64,000 bases of DNA from an uncultured delta proteobacterium (GTDB taxonomy: Bacteria > Desulfobacterota > Desulfobacteria > Desulfobacterales > JAFDCJ01), in assembly GCA_963769935.1 (NCBI GenBank), contig CAVYNY010000016.1, forward strand, positions 192,001 to 256,000, given 5' to 3'. The position numbers and the translations under genes are program-made. Shown here piece by piece: positions 41,160-50,816 of this stretch (positions are counted from its first letter, which is position 1; the number at the start of each line of letters is the position of its first letter). The notes beneath the pieces were generated by a model. It was not told where the DNA came from. It did not search any database and worked only from the letters and a program-made list of their open reading frames with translations.

Positions 41160-43370
41160 TCACGTTAATGATTGCACATTCTTAAGCCGAATAAGATATT
41201 CGTTGTGATTATTTTCAGCCGTCGCTAAAAATGTCTTTAAATCAGGTGTTAGTTCATGGTCAAAAGAAGTAACAGCACCAGCAAACTTAACGGCGATAGG
41301 AATATTATTAATGATAAAGGGAGACTCATGCAATTTAATTAAAAGCCGCTTCAGGGCAATTTTTCCATTTTTTTCATTCGTCATCGGCAATAATACGATA
41401 ATCGTCTTTTTATTAAGAATGCCTACTATGTCTGCTCCCCTTAGCATACGAATCAATTCCCCCATAACTGAATAGCTGATATCATTTGCATTGATTAAAC
41501 CTGTTGGAACCGGCTTTTGGGGCTGCAAATCAAATACGGAAAATGTTATGGTTGAAAATGGCGTATCATAACGCAGGGAACGATTAATTTCTTTTTCAAT
41601 GTATGTAATTGTATTAACGTAATTTAAGATCCCTTGGGGCACAGATGTTTTTCTATTTCCCTTTAGTTGCTCAGCTTTTATTTTTGTGATTTCGTCGTGA
41701 ACCTGTTGAAAATTGTTTTCATCAATGCTGCCTTCTTCAATACCCTCGCGCACTTTGGCCAAAATTTTGTGGAGCCCGTCTCCTTCGCCAACACTTTCCT
41801 CCAACATTCTGAAAACGGACGTATTTCCAAATTCTTCTTCCACATCCGGGGCATCCGTATGAGGGATCAAGTTGGTTTCCAGTTTCTGCAGAAATTTATC
41901 AATTCTTTCCCTGAGCTTTTTTTCTACAGCGACCAAAACGTCACTATCGACATCTTTCATTTTCAGCTTATTGACCATTTTAGAGCCTAAATTTAGAATA
42001 ACCTCCTGTAATATATTGCTTTCTTTAACGTCTTCATCGGACATTTCAATTGCAAACTTTGAACCGACGCGCTCAAGGTATTCAACCAAAAGCTCTGTCA
42101 GTACTTTTTCATCTCCAGTTCCATTCCTGATCTCCGTGGCCAGATAAATGAGTTCTGCTGCCCCTTCCGGATCTATTTTAAAATTTCTGATCAACTCATC
42201 TCCGTCGAGGCCGATCTTTTCGGCACTGTGCCTAAGAACCTCAGAAATTTCGTCGCTTTGCAGCTCCTTGCCTATTTCTTTAACCAGTTCAACGAAATCA
42301 GAAGCTGGCATCCCTTCTGCTATCATAGCATCCTTTAGCGCGGGGAGCATTCTTTGCAATTCTTTGGCATCCGGGATTAATCGACGCAGTATGTGTCCCA
42401 GTCGCTGAATGGAAATCTCGCCTTTTTTGTATTCTTCTCTGACAAGCTGAATGATTACTCGATCCGAGATACCATTGGCCTCATCCAAAATTTGCTTTTC
42501 GTTTTCATATATAATTCCCAGAGCTTTCTGTTCTTCTATCTTTGCCAATAGATGAGTTTTCATATCAAAAACAGCTTTGGCTAAATCTGAAAGTGGCACC
42601 TCTAATCCCCCGTTTTCAGATTTGTCCAATTCATCTTTTAGTCTGTCGAGTTGCCGGGCGATTATAGAACCAGGGCTACCATGCTGATTCTCCTCGCCTT
42701 TATAATTCGTCAGATCTGTTTCAATTAATTGGTCGGAAACTTTTGTCGGATCTTCAACGAGACTTTTAAGGGAAATCGATTTCTCTAATTCATCTAAGAC
42801 AATATCCTCTGTTATTCGATTCAACACCTCTTTATACATTTCCTCGCGAGGATTATTTCTGTCGTTCTCTTTAAGTTGACTTAATTCACCCTTTAAAACA
42901 ACTTCGTCATCGGATGTCATTTTCTTAAAAAAAACGAAGTTAATTTTTATATTGACCACACCTAAAGCTGAAATTTTGGATTTCATAACTTCCGCATTTG
43001 GAAATTTTTTCTGATCGCAAAATACTCCAAAAAAACCTTCAATTTCCGACTCACTGACGCCAGACTCAAAGGATATTGACTCAATAGCCGTATTTTTGAA
43101 ATGTGCCAACATTCTTGAAGTGTTAAGCCGGGAATCAAAAGGTTCATCATCTATAAAAAAATGGTCGTGATTCATGATAAGAACAATTGGAGTGGATGAG
43201 TGGAGTCCTTCACTAATGGTACCATAAAATTCTCTGATCGCGTCAACCGTATAAGGATGTTCCATTTTATACATTGCCACCCTATTAAAAACGAGGCAGA
43301 AAGACCTTCCAATTTTATCAAAGGTTTTATTGTCAGGATTTGGCTTGTTAATTGCTCGAAAATTTTGCAT
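41160..43370 (-). CDS. Large helical protein with a C-terminal degenerate GGDEF-like domain
   Basis: EINRSLRYDTPFS...LRGADIVGILNKKTIIVLLP. RxxD is kept and GGDEF is replaced by NKKTI. Confidence 0.78.
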   Translation of the reverse strand: MQNFRAINKPNPDNKTFDKIGRSFCLVFNRVAMYKMEHPYTVDAIREFYGTISEGLHSSTPIVLIMNHDHFFIDDEPFDSRLNTSRMLAHFKNTAIESISFESGVSESEIEGFFGVFCDQKKFPNAEVMKSKISALGVVNIKINFVFFKKMTSDDEVVLKGELSQLKENDRNNPREEMYKEVLNRITEDIVLDELEKSISLKSLVEDPTKVSDQLIETDLTNYKGEENQHGSPGSIIARQLDRLKDELDKSENGGLEVPLSDLAKAVFDMKTHLLAKIEEQKALGIIYENEKQILDEANGISDRVIIQLVREEYKKGEISIQRLGHILRRLIPDAKELQRMLPALKDAMIAEGMPASDFVELVKEIGKELQSDEISEVLRHSAEKIGLDGDELIRNFKIDPEGAAELIYLATEIRNGTGDEKVLTELLVEYLERVGSKFAIEMSDEDVKESNILQEVILNLGSKMVNKLKMKDVDSDVLVAVEKKLRERIDKFLQKLETNLIPHTDAPDVEEEFGNTSVFRMLEESVGEGDGLHKILAKVREGIEEGSIDENNFQQVHDEITKIKAEQLKGNRKTSVPQGILNYVNTITYIEKEINRSLRYDTPFSTITFSVFDLQPQKPVPTGLINANDISYSVMGELIRMLRGADIVGILNKKTIIVLLPMTNEKNGKIALKRLLIKLHESPFIINNIPIAVKFAGAVTSFDHELTPDLKTFLATAENNHNEYLIRLKNVQSLT

Positions 43371-43373
43371 TTT

Positions 43374-44267
43374 TTATAAGAACCTTTTTTTATACCATTT
43401 AAGATCTTTTATGAAATCCTTGCATGTTGGATATCGATGCTCCGGCACATAGGCTGTCGCCCGGCGCACGATTTTATCCATATCCCTATTGAGAGCCGGG
43501 TTTAGCTCTGAGGGTTCCTGCCTGAATATTCCTTCTTTTTTTAAGAGCTTATGCTCGAGCAGTTCTTCAAAGGAATTATAATTCTGCATAGGCAGGGCAA
43601 GCACCAACATTTGAAAAAGCATCGTACCCACCGCATAAATATCTGTTCGTCCGTCAACCGCAGACCCAATTATTTGTTCAGGCGCCATATAAAGGGGAGA
43701 TCCTCCCGCGGTTTGATTTTCGTTTTTTTCTCCACGCAACACTCTGGCGACGCCAAAATCTGAAATAAGCGGCCGGGCGGTGTGGTTTTCAACCAGTATA
43801 TTATCCGGCTTGATATCCATATGGACGATGTCATGTGAATGGGCATAATCCAATGCATCAAGAACCTGAATGATGATTTGGATTGATTTTTTTACGGGCA
43901 AAACACGCCTCGAAGGAATGATCTGTTTTTTTTTCTCTTTCAGGATTTTCGACAAAGTAGCGCCTTGCACGAATTGCATAGTGAAATACAAAAACTCATC
44001 GGTCTCGCCGACTTCATATATCTGGATGATATTCGGATGGGATAAAATTGCAGCTGCCTCGGCTTCAGTTTGAAACAGATCTGCCTTTTCAGGATTCAGG
44101 AGACTTCTCGGCAAAATTTTTACCGCTATCTGGCGTTTGAGTGTTTGCTGATAGGCAATGAACACAACAGCCATTCCACCTCGGGCTATTTCCTTTAAAA
44201 TAGTTGCAGTACCGATCCGCTCACCGATAAATCGTTTGGCGTCTATGTTTTCGATCGATTCCATCAT
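43374..44267 (-). CDS. Hanks-type Ser/Thr protein kinase (cytoplasmic)
   Basis: ARGGMAVV, AVK, HMDIKPDN, DFG, YMAPEQ and DIYAVG. Confidence 0.95.
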   Translation of the reverse strand: MMESIENIDAKRFIGERIGTATILKEIARGGMAVVFIAYQQTLKRQIAVKILPRSLLNPEKADLFQTEAEAAAILSHPNIIQIYEVGETDEFLYFTMQFVQGATLSKILKEKKKQIIPSRRVLPVKKSIQIIIQVLDALDYAHSHDIVHMDIKPDNILVENHTARPLISDFGVARVLRGEKNENQTAGGSPLYMAPEQIIGSAVDGRTDIYAVGTMLFQMLVLALPMQNYNSFEELLEHKLLKKEGIFRQEPSELNPALNRDMDKIVRRATAYVPEHRYPTCKDFIKDLKWYKKRFL

Positions 44268-44344
44268 CGGATCTTCTTTTTATTAAAATGCAAAATTAAC
44301 AGCTAAATTCAGGCCTGTTAGTTAAAGTGCATTATCCGCACTAT

Positions 44345-44372
44345 ATATCGGCAGGTGTAAAAGGAAGCTTTA
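44345..44372 (-). promoter_or_regulatory. Sigma28-type promoter
   Basis: TAAA-N16-GCCGATAT upstream of the kinase gene. Confidence 0.68.
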
Positions 44373-44549
44373 TTAAAACTTTATTTGACAAGGTAAAAAT
44401 GAATACCCTTGAGGAAAAATGTTCTTTGATGTTTCAGTGCATACTTGAAAATTAGATCAGACATAACATTCTGATATCTATTTAATTCTTGCAATTTGGG
44501 GTTGTTTTCATTTATAATTTTCTTGTACTCATTCAGGAAAAAAGGATTC

Positions 44550-46235
44550 ATGGCAAATCTGAAATACGTATCAAAATCAAATATTGTTAGAATTATCCTG
44601 TTTCTGCTGCTAACCTCCATGGTCTATTTAGGTTTGAGCTTTCGCAACCGGCAAGCTTTTAAGCAGGATTTTGCTGCGCACAGACCCACCGCTCAGCATG
44701 GCTATATTTATGATTACGCCGAAATTGTTCAGGATATGGAAGAATCCATCGACCGCTACCTGCAGGTCATTCAAAGCGGCTATGCCATTGAAGCGGTTAT
44801 TGTGACCGTACCGGCTTTGCCGCCAAACCACAGCATCGAGTCACTGGCGGCAACGCTTTTCAGCAACTGGAAAATAGGTCAAACCACCGGCGGCAGGGGA
44901 ATCCTGTTAATTTTTGCGGATAAAGAAAAACTTATAAAAATTGAAGTTTCCTATGAATTGGAGGATGTTTTTACCGACATCTTCTGCGGTTATATTGAAG
45001 ACAAGCAGCTCAAAAATTATTTTTTAAGCAACCAGCTCAATATCGGACTGGTGGCGGTGCTGGAAGAAATCGAGCAGCGGGCTCAAATCAAGCAGCAGGC
45101 CGACTACACGGTGGCCGACATTGACCGGCTGGACCGGGAGTTGCTGTCCGGCGGGGCCGGCGCCAAAAGGCAATTATCCGACTTTCAGCCGGAAACGGCT
45201 GCGGCGGCAGCAGAAAATTATCCGGCCGGCCGCACCCCGGATGAAGCCTGGCAGACATTGATCCGCAGCTGGGAGAATAAAGTGCGCGATCCGGACCTGG
45301 GGGTTTACACCCATATCACCCGACTGGCCTATCGTGATTTCCAAAACCTGCCCAACTCCCGTTACGAGGAGGATGCTCAGACCTACAAAAACAAGCCCTA
45401 CGAGGTCATCCAGGACGGACCCTATGCGGTCATTTTCTTCGGAAAAGATAAAGGCTGGACAAATGCACCATTTTTATTCTGCCGCACTGATTCCGGCTGG
45501 CAGTTTGACATCGTCCATCAGCGCAAGTACGTGCGCATGGGCAAAACCCCCCACTGGGGTATCGAACGGTCCGACTATCCTTATGTTGAGCTTTTGTCCG
45601 GCTGCCCGTTCTGGATGAATCAGGACATTCCCCTGCCGGGCGATGATGTGTACCGCATCGGTGACGACCGCCTCCTGGCGGATGAAATCCTTCGCCTGGA
45701 AGCCGCCTATGCCGAAGAACCCGAAAATTTTCAAACCGTCATGCAGCTGGGCCGGCTTTACACCATCACAGCACTAAGCCCCCAAAAGCGGATTGTCTAT
45801 TTAAAAAAAGCCAAACATCTGAACCCCGACAGTCCGGAGCCCTATAAGTATCTGGCCATCGTTTATCTTGATGCGTTTTACCAGTTTGAAACAGCCATTA
45901 AAGAGATTTCGGCATACGTGGTGCGGAGGCCGGATGATGTCTTCGGCCGCAACTATCTTGGCTATCTTTACTACTGTGTCAAAAAATACAAGCCGGCCAT
46001 CGACGAACTAAAAAAGGCCGTTGAACTGGAATCGGATAACTGTTATGCCTTGGCTAAGTTGGCTCGGGTTTACGCCGCCCTTTACCTGAACTCTGCTGAA
46101 ATCGATCCCCGGCGTTCCGACCACCGCGGCAAGGCCCTGGAAATGTTTGCCCGGGCGTCGGCCGTACCGACCCCGGACACCCGGAGGATCAAATGGCTGC
46201 GGCGGTATTTGGTCAGGAAAGGGGTTTTGGAGTAG
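44550..46235 (+). CDS. TPM domain + TPR repeat protein, N-terminally membrane anchored
   Basis: YIYDYAEI, LFSNWKIG, GILL and IEVSYELE.VFTD motifs; C-terminal TPRs. Confidence 0.85.
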   Translation: MANLKYVSKSNIVRIILFLLLTSMVYLGLSFRNRQAFKQDFAAHRPTAQHGYIYDYAEIVQDMEESIDRYLQVIQSGYAIEAVIVTVPALPPNHSIESLAATLFSNWKIGQTTGGRGILLIFADKEKLIKIEVSYELEDVFTDIFCGYIEDKQLKNYFLSNQLNIGLVAVLEEIEQRAQIKQQADYTVADIDRLDRELLSGGAGAKRQLSDFQPETAAAAAENYPAGRTPDEAWQTLIRSWENKVRDPDLGVYTHITRLAYRDFQNLPNSRYEEDAQTYKNKPYEVIQDGPYAVIFFGKDKGWTNAPFLFCRTDSGWQFDIVHQRKYVRMGKTPHWGIERSDYPYVELLSGCPFWMNQDIPLPGDDVYRIGDDRLLADEILRLEAAYAEEPENFQTVMQLGRLYTITALSPQKRIVYLKKAKHLNPDSPEPYKYLAIVYLDAFYQFETAIKEISAYVVRRPDDVFGRNYLGYLYYCVKKYKPAIDELKKAVELESDNCYALAKLARVYAALYLNSAEIDPRRSDHRGKALEMFARASAVPTPDTRRIKWLRRYLVRKGVLE

Positions 46236-46241
46236 ATATTT

Positions 46242-46772
46242 ATGCTCAAACTTCGAATTTTAATTTTAGGCCTGGCAACGTTGATGCTGCAGGTATCCTG
46301 CGCGGTAATCTCGCCACAGCTAAGAAAAGACGCCGCACCGCCGGTGCCTTTCAAAACGCTGCTGGCCGAAGCCGACCGATACAAGGGGCGCATCGTTATT
46401 CTGGCGGGCTATATTCTGGAGACCAGGAACCTGGAATCTGAGACGATCATTAGGGTCCTGCAGGTTCCCTTCAGATCAGGGGAGGAACCGGACTCGAAGG
46501 ACCGGTCGCAGGGAAGGTTTAAAATTTATCACGAAGGTTTTCTGGACCCGGAGGTGTACGCCAAAGACCGGGCCATCACAGTGGCCGGCGAGGTGATCGG
46601 CACCGAATATGAGGAAATCGGCACCGACCGGATTCAATATTTAAAATTAATAGACCGCGAAATCTACCTGTGGCCGGAATATGAAACCCGACCGCGCCCC
46701 TACCCTCTCTGGCCGTATCCCTACTACCGTTACCAGTATCCCTATTATCCATACCCTTACTGGGACTGGTAA
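46242..46772 (+). CDS. Slp family outer-membrane lipoprotein
   Basis: Lipobox-like QVSC, GRF...GFLDPEVY..R.ITVAGEV, IYLWP and a Tyr/Pro tail. Confidence 0.9.
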   Translation: MLKLRILILGLATLMLQVSCAVISPQLRKDAAPPVPFKTLLAEADRYKGRIVILAGYILETRNLESETIIRVLQVPFRSGEEPDSKDRSQGRFKIYHEGFLDPEVYAKDRAITVAGEVIGTEYEEIGTDRIQYLKLIDREIYLWPEYETRPRPYPLWPYPYYRYQYPYYPYPYWDW

Positions 46773-46838
46773 TTTTCGTTACATCCTGGGATTGATAGCG
46801 GCTGGAAGACTGGGAAGCATGGAGACTGCAAGCTGCTT

Positions 46839-47011
46839 TAAAGTCTTCTTGGTAGATTCTTTGCATTTTATGCAATCCGCCTTGGGCGGATCACCACGAA
46901 AACACGAAATTTTGAAAGCACGAAATTTATCTAATCATCTTTTCGTGTTTCCGTCCTTTCGTGCTTTTGTGATTAATTTGTCCTTTTTAGTTCCGGCTTG
47001 TCCGGGTTAGG
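46839..47011 (+). repeat. Asymmetric-ended dispersed element, copy 2
   Basis: ATTCTTTGCATTTTATGC...CACGAAA arrays...TTCCGGCTTGTCCGGGTTAGG. Confidence 0.85.
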
Positions 47012-47057
47012 AACTTCAACTTCAAGGCTTCCCGGCCTTCCAGCCACTGATCCCAAT

Positions 47058-47552
47058 TCAATCTACCTTAAAGAATACCTTGGCCTTGGCCTTGCACACC
47101 GGGCACTCGTCGGGCGGTTCATTTTCGCAGGTGTAGCCGCAAACGCCGCAGACATAGTAATCGACTTCCTCCGGACTTGCCAGACTATCCAGCGCCTTCT
47201 GGTAGAGCGCGGCATGGATCTTCTCCACCTCATTGGCATAGGTAAAGCTGCGTTCGGCAGCTTTATCTTCCTCTTTTTTGGCTGTTTCGATCATCGGCGG
47301 ATACATGCTTTCAAATTCGTAGGTTTCGCCGCCGATCGCCTCTTTGAGGTTGTCGGCCGTGCTGCCGACTCCTTTAAGGGCTCTGAGATGGGTATGGGCG
47401 TGAACGGTCTCGGCTTCTGCCGCCGCGCGGAAAAGTTTGGCCACCTGGGCGTAGCCTTCCCGGTCCGCTTTCTGGGCAAAAGCAAGATACTTTCGGTTGG
47501 CCTGGGATTCGCCGGCAAATGCTTCCTTCAAATTTTGTTCAGACTTACTCAT
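47058..47552 (-). CDS. rbr: Rubrerythrin
   Basis: AFAGESQANRKY, ETVH, EKIH and a C-terminal CGVCG...CPVC. AGGAGG RBS before the ATG at 47552. Confidence 0.95.
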   Translation of the reverse strand: MSKSEQNLKEAFAGESQANRKYLAFAQKADREGYAQVAKLFRAAAEAETVHAHTHLRALKGVGSTADNLKEAIGGETYEFESMYPPMIETAKKEEDKAAERSFTYANEVEKIHAALYQKALDSLASPEEVDYYVCGVCGYTCENEPPDECPVCKAKAKVFFKVD

Positions 47553-47765
47553 TAATTTCCTCCTTTTGTTATCAAAAAAATTATTTTGGACCTCTTCCAG
47601 TGGGAACTGCGAAGTTCTCATTGTCACAATTCTCAAAATAGACTCATGGGCTTCCAGTCCTCAAACCTATAAAAAATCTGCCGCCGCATCATCTGAAAAA
47701 TACAAAATAGCGCGGTTTTTAGTTAAAAAGTCTGCCATGATATCAACGCTGGAGAAAACATAATA

Positions 47766-47781
47766 AACAATTTCCATGCCA
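47766..47781 (-). promoter_or_regulatory. Possible sigma54 promoter for rubrerythrin
   Basis: TGGCAT-N5-TTGTT; the -12 GC is imperfect. Confidence 0.4.
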
Positions 47782-48304
47782 GGATAATAATCATCGAAAA
47801 AATTGAATATAATCATATAATTTCAAAAGGTTAACTAATTTTAGGCTACAAGACCTTTGAGATTGATGGAAACGATTCTGAATGATATTTGAGACATTTT
47901 TCAGCAAGGCAGCTGGCGGAACCGATTAAGAAACCTGGCTGGTTGGACCTATTACCGATTGGGAAATGTTTCAATAAAAATTCGAATCAATAGTGTCTCA
48001 CTGAACAATACCATGGAAAGAAAGTAATTCCGGTCCAACAGCTTGAATTTATAAAACTAATTTATCACTTTACTGATTAGTAAAAGACCTGTCAAGATTT
48101 TAATTGAAATGGACAACCATCTGATCTGGCTGGGATAGCCCTAATCCTTGACAATATCCACATAATCGTGATTAATTCAAATCCGCATACGCCGGCAGAA
48201 ACTGACCCATCCGAACCCATAGCCGGCAACCTGAAATGCGGAAACCATAACCCGAAACGCGCAACCCGTAACGCGCAACACGCAACACGAAAAAGGAGTT
48301 TCTG

Positions 48305-49555
48305 ATGAACGACGTAGTAATTGCTTCAGCCTGTAGAACCGCCATCGGATCCTTTGGCGGGACCCTGCGCAGCAGTCATGCCGCCACCATCGCCAGTGTG
48401 ACCATGAAAGCAGCCGTCCACAGAGCCGGTATCGATCCGTCGATTATAGATGATGTCCGCTACGGGTGCTGTATGGAGCCGGTCGACACCCTAAACGTAA
48501 CCCGCATTGCGGCCCTGCTGGCCGGAATTCCGGATGCGGTGACCGCGGTCACCATCAACCGGGTCTGTATTTCCGGCATGGAAGCGGTGATCTCCGGCAT
48601 GGCTATGATCCAGGCCGGCATGGCCGACGTAATTCTGGCCGGCGGAGTGGAACATATGTCCGGGGTGCCCTATTCCGTGGCCGCCGCCAGATGGGGCTGT
48701 CGCCTCCAGGACCATGAATTTGTCGATAACATTATCCGAGGACTGCATTGCGGATCGCATGTCATCCCGCACCCCGAAGACGGACCGGTGGACGCTGAGA
48801 AACCACCGTTGAGCTATTTTAAGGGCAAACCCTATATCATGGGACATACTGCCGAGTTCATTGCCCAGCACCTTGATATCAGTCGGGAAGAAATGGACGA
48901 AGTCGCTTTAAGGAGCCATAACAACGTCGAAAGGGCGACCAGCGACGGGTCCTTTGCCGAAGAAATCGTACCGCTGGAAATTCCACAAAGAAAAGGGGAT
49001 CCGATCATTTTTGACAAGGATGAACACTTCAGGCCGGGCCTGACACTCGAAAAACTGCAGTCATTGCCGCCGGCCTTCGTGCCGAAGATCGGCAAAGTAA
49101 CGGCCGGCAACTCCAGCGGCATCAATGACGGATCAGCCGCGCTGGTAATCATGTCCGCCGCCAGAGCCAAGGAATTAAACATCCGGCCCCTGGCCCGGAT
49201 CATAGCCGTGGGCAGAGGCGCCTGCCATCCATCCGTGATGGGCTTATCCCCGGTTCCGGCAGTTAAGCAGTTGTTGACCAAAAGCGGTTTGAAACTGGAA
49301 GATTTCGAACTGATCGAAGTCAATGAAGCCTTTGCGGCCCAGTACCTGGGCTGTGAAAAAGAGCTGGGGTTGAACAGGGAAATCACCAATGTCAATGGGT
49401 CCGGCATCGGACTCGGGCATCCGGTGGGTGCCACCGGCGCCCGGCTCATCGTCACCCTCATCCACGCCATGCAAAAAAGAGGCAACACGCTGGGTCTGGC
49501 GACGCTGTGCGGCGGTGGTGGGGTATCGATGGCGACTGCTGTGGAAATGATCTGA
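48305..49555 (+). CDS. Acetyl-CoA C-acetyltransferase (thiolase)
   Basis: INRVCISG, NEAFAAQ, LGHPVGATG and LCGGGG. Confidence 0.96.
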   Translation: MNDVVIASACRTAIGSFGGTLRSSHAATIASVTMKAAVHRAGIDPSIIDDVRYGCCMEPVDTLNVTRIAALLAGIPDAVTAVTINRVCISGMEAVISGMAMIQAGMADVILAGGVEHMSGVPYSVAAARWGCRLQDHEFVDNIIRGLHCGSHVIPHPEDGPVDAEKPPLSYFKGKPYIMGHTAEFIAQHLDISREEMDEVALRSHNNVERATSDGSFAEEIVPLEIPQRKGDPIIFDKDEHFRPGLTLEKLQSLPPAFVPKIGKVTAGNSSGINDGSAALVIMSAARAKELNIRPLARIIAVGRGACHPSVMGLSPVPAVKQLLTKSGLKLEDFELIEVNEAFAAQYLGCEKELGLNREITNVNGSGIGLGHPVGATGARLIVTLIHAMQKRGNTLGLATLCGGGGVSMATAVEMI

Positions 49556-49564
49556 TCAGTCGCG

Positions 49565-49768
49565 TAGAATCTTAATTGCTATTTCTTTGCAGTTTATGAA
49601 AAAATTTTTTATCACGAAAACACGAAATATAGAAAGCACGAAAATTATCTTTTATTACTTTCGTGTTTTCGCCTGCCCCGTTAAACTTTTTTTTCTCCGT
49701 TTAACCGGGGTCCTTTCGTGCTTTCGTGATTAATTTGTTCTTTCTGGCCTTGGCTTGTCCAGGTTAGG
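49565..49768 (+). repeat. Asymmetric-ended dispersed element, copy 3, with a nested hairpin insert
   Basis: Same ends (TTTCTTTGCAGTTTATG; GGCTTGTCCAGGTTAGG) plus the insert CCCCGTTAAAC...GTTTAACCGGGG. Confidence 0.82.
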
Positions 49769-49777
49769 AGGTTGCAG

Positions 49778-50524
49778 ATGAAAAAAGCGCTATTTTGCTG
49801 CCTGTGTTTATCATTAGTGATTCTCTTTCCATTCTGTTTGCTTGCCGCCGATTATCTCGTGGAAGCCGACAAGCTGTTTAACCAGGGGGGACTCGATAAT
49901 TTCAAGCAGGCCGTCGAGCTCTATCAAAAAGCGCTGGCCGAAAATCCCGGCAGCTATGAAGCCAACTGGAAATGCGCCCGGGCTCACCGTGAATACGGCA
50001 ATGCCGCCAAGATCCAAAAAATGGAGGGTTGGAAGGACATCTGCGCCAAATACGGCAAGGAAGGTATGCAATACGCTCAGCAGGCGATCGCGATCGAACC
50101 TGAAAAACCGGATGGATACTATTACTACGGGCTCAATGTGGGCATCTACTCCGATGGGGTAAGTATCTTTACGGCCCTGTCGGAAGGTTTGAAAGACAAA
50201 ACCCAAAAAAGTTTTGAAAAAACATATGCTATCGACAAAATGTACAAAGAAGGCGGCCCGATGATTGCGCTTGGGCGCTTCTGGCAAGTGCTTCCCTGGC
50301 CCATGTACGACCGCAAGAAGTCCTTGCAATATTACCGGGAATATCAGGCCACCAAATATTTCGCAGACAACATCGAGATGCACGTCTATCTCGGCGAGTT
50401 GTTGATCCAGATGGGCGGCGATAAAAATAAGGCTGAAGCCAAAGGTTACCTGGAAAAGGCCGCCCATTCGGACGATCCATATTTTAGAGACCGGGCTTTG
50501 GAGCTACTATCCAAAATTAAGTAA
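49778..50524 (+). CDS. Exported TPR-like protein
   Basis: Signal peptide and helical repeats (YQKALAENPGSYEANW, AIAIEPEKPDGYYYYG). Confidence 0.82.
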   Translation: MKKALFCCLCLSLVILFPFCLLAADYLVEADKLFNQGGLDNFKQAVELYQKALAENPGSYEANWKCARAHREYGNAAKIQKMEGWKDICAKYGKEGMQYAQQAIAIEPEKPDGYYYYGLNVGIYSDGVSIFTALSEGLKDKTQKSFEKTYAIDKMYKEGGPMIALGRFWQVLPWPMYDRKKSLQYYREYQATKYFADNIEMHVYLGELLIQMGGDKNKAEAKGYLEKAAHSDDPYFRDRALELLSKIK

Positions 50525-50569
50525 CTTTCGACGGGGAGTTCGTTAATAATATTTTTATGAATTTTCCCA

Positions 50570-50755
50570 AAAAACCCAAAAAACAAGCACCAAATTCCAA
50601 ATAAATTCGAAATTCCAATTACCGAAACGAGTAACGATATACTTTGAGCGTTTTTGATCAGCTTAGGTTATATATTCAATATCAAGTCTTTGTTTTGAAT
50701 TTGCTTTTTTGGTCATTGGGTATTGTTTGTAATTTGAGATTTGTTATTTGTTTTT
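50570..50755. repeat. Inverted heptamer-period array (CAAATTC-like left arm, GAATTTG/ATTTG right arm)
   Basis: A/C-rich arm at 50570-50628 and complementary T/G-rich arm at 50690-50755. Confidence 0.65.
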
Positions 50756-50816
50756 TCCAATCACGCGGAAATTTGGCAAAAAATACCTTTAGCAAAGACC
50801 AGTCTGAGGTTATGCC

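Noticed and set aside
29057..49768. GTTAGG ends of the dispersed element as integron attC sites
   Set aside because: There is no complementary RYYYAAC at the other end, no cassette organisation and no integron integrase in the window.
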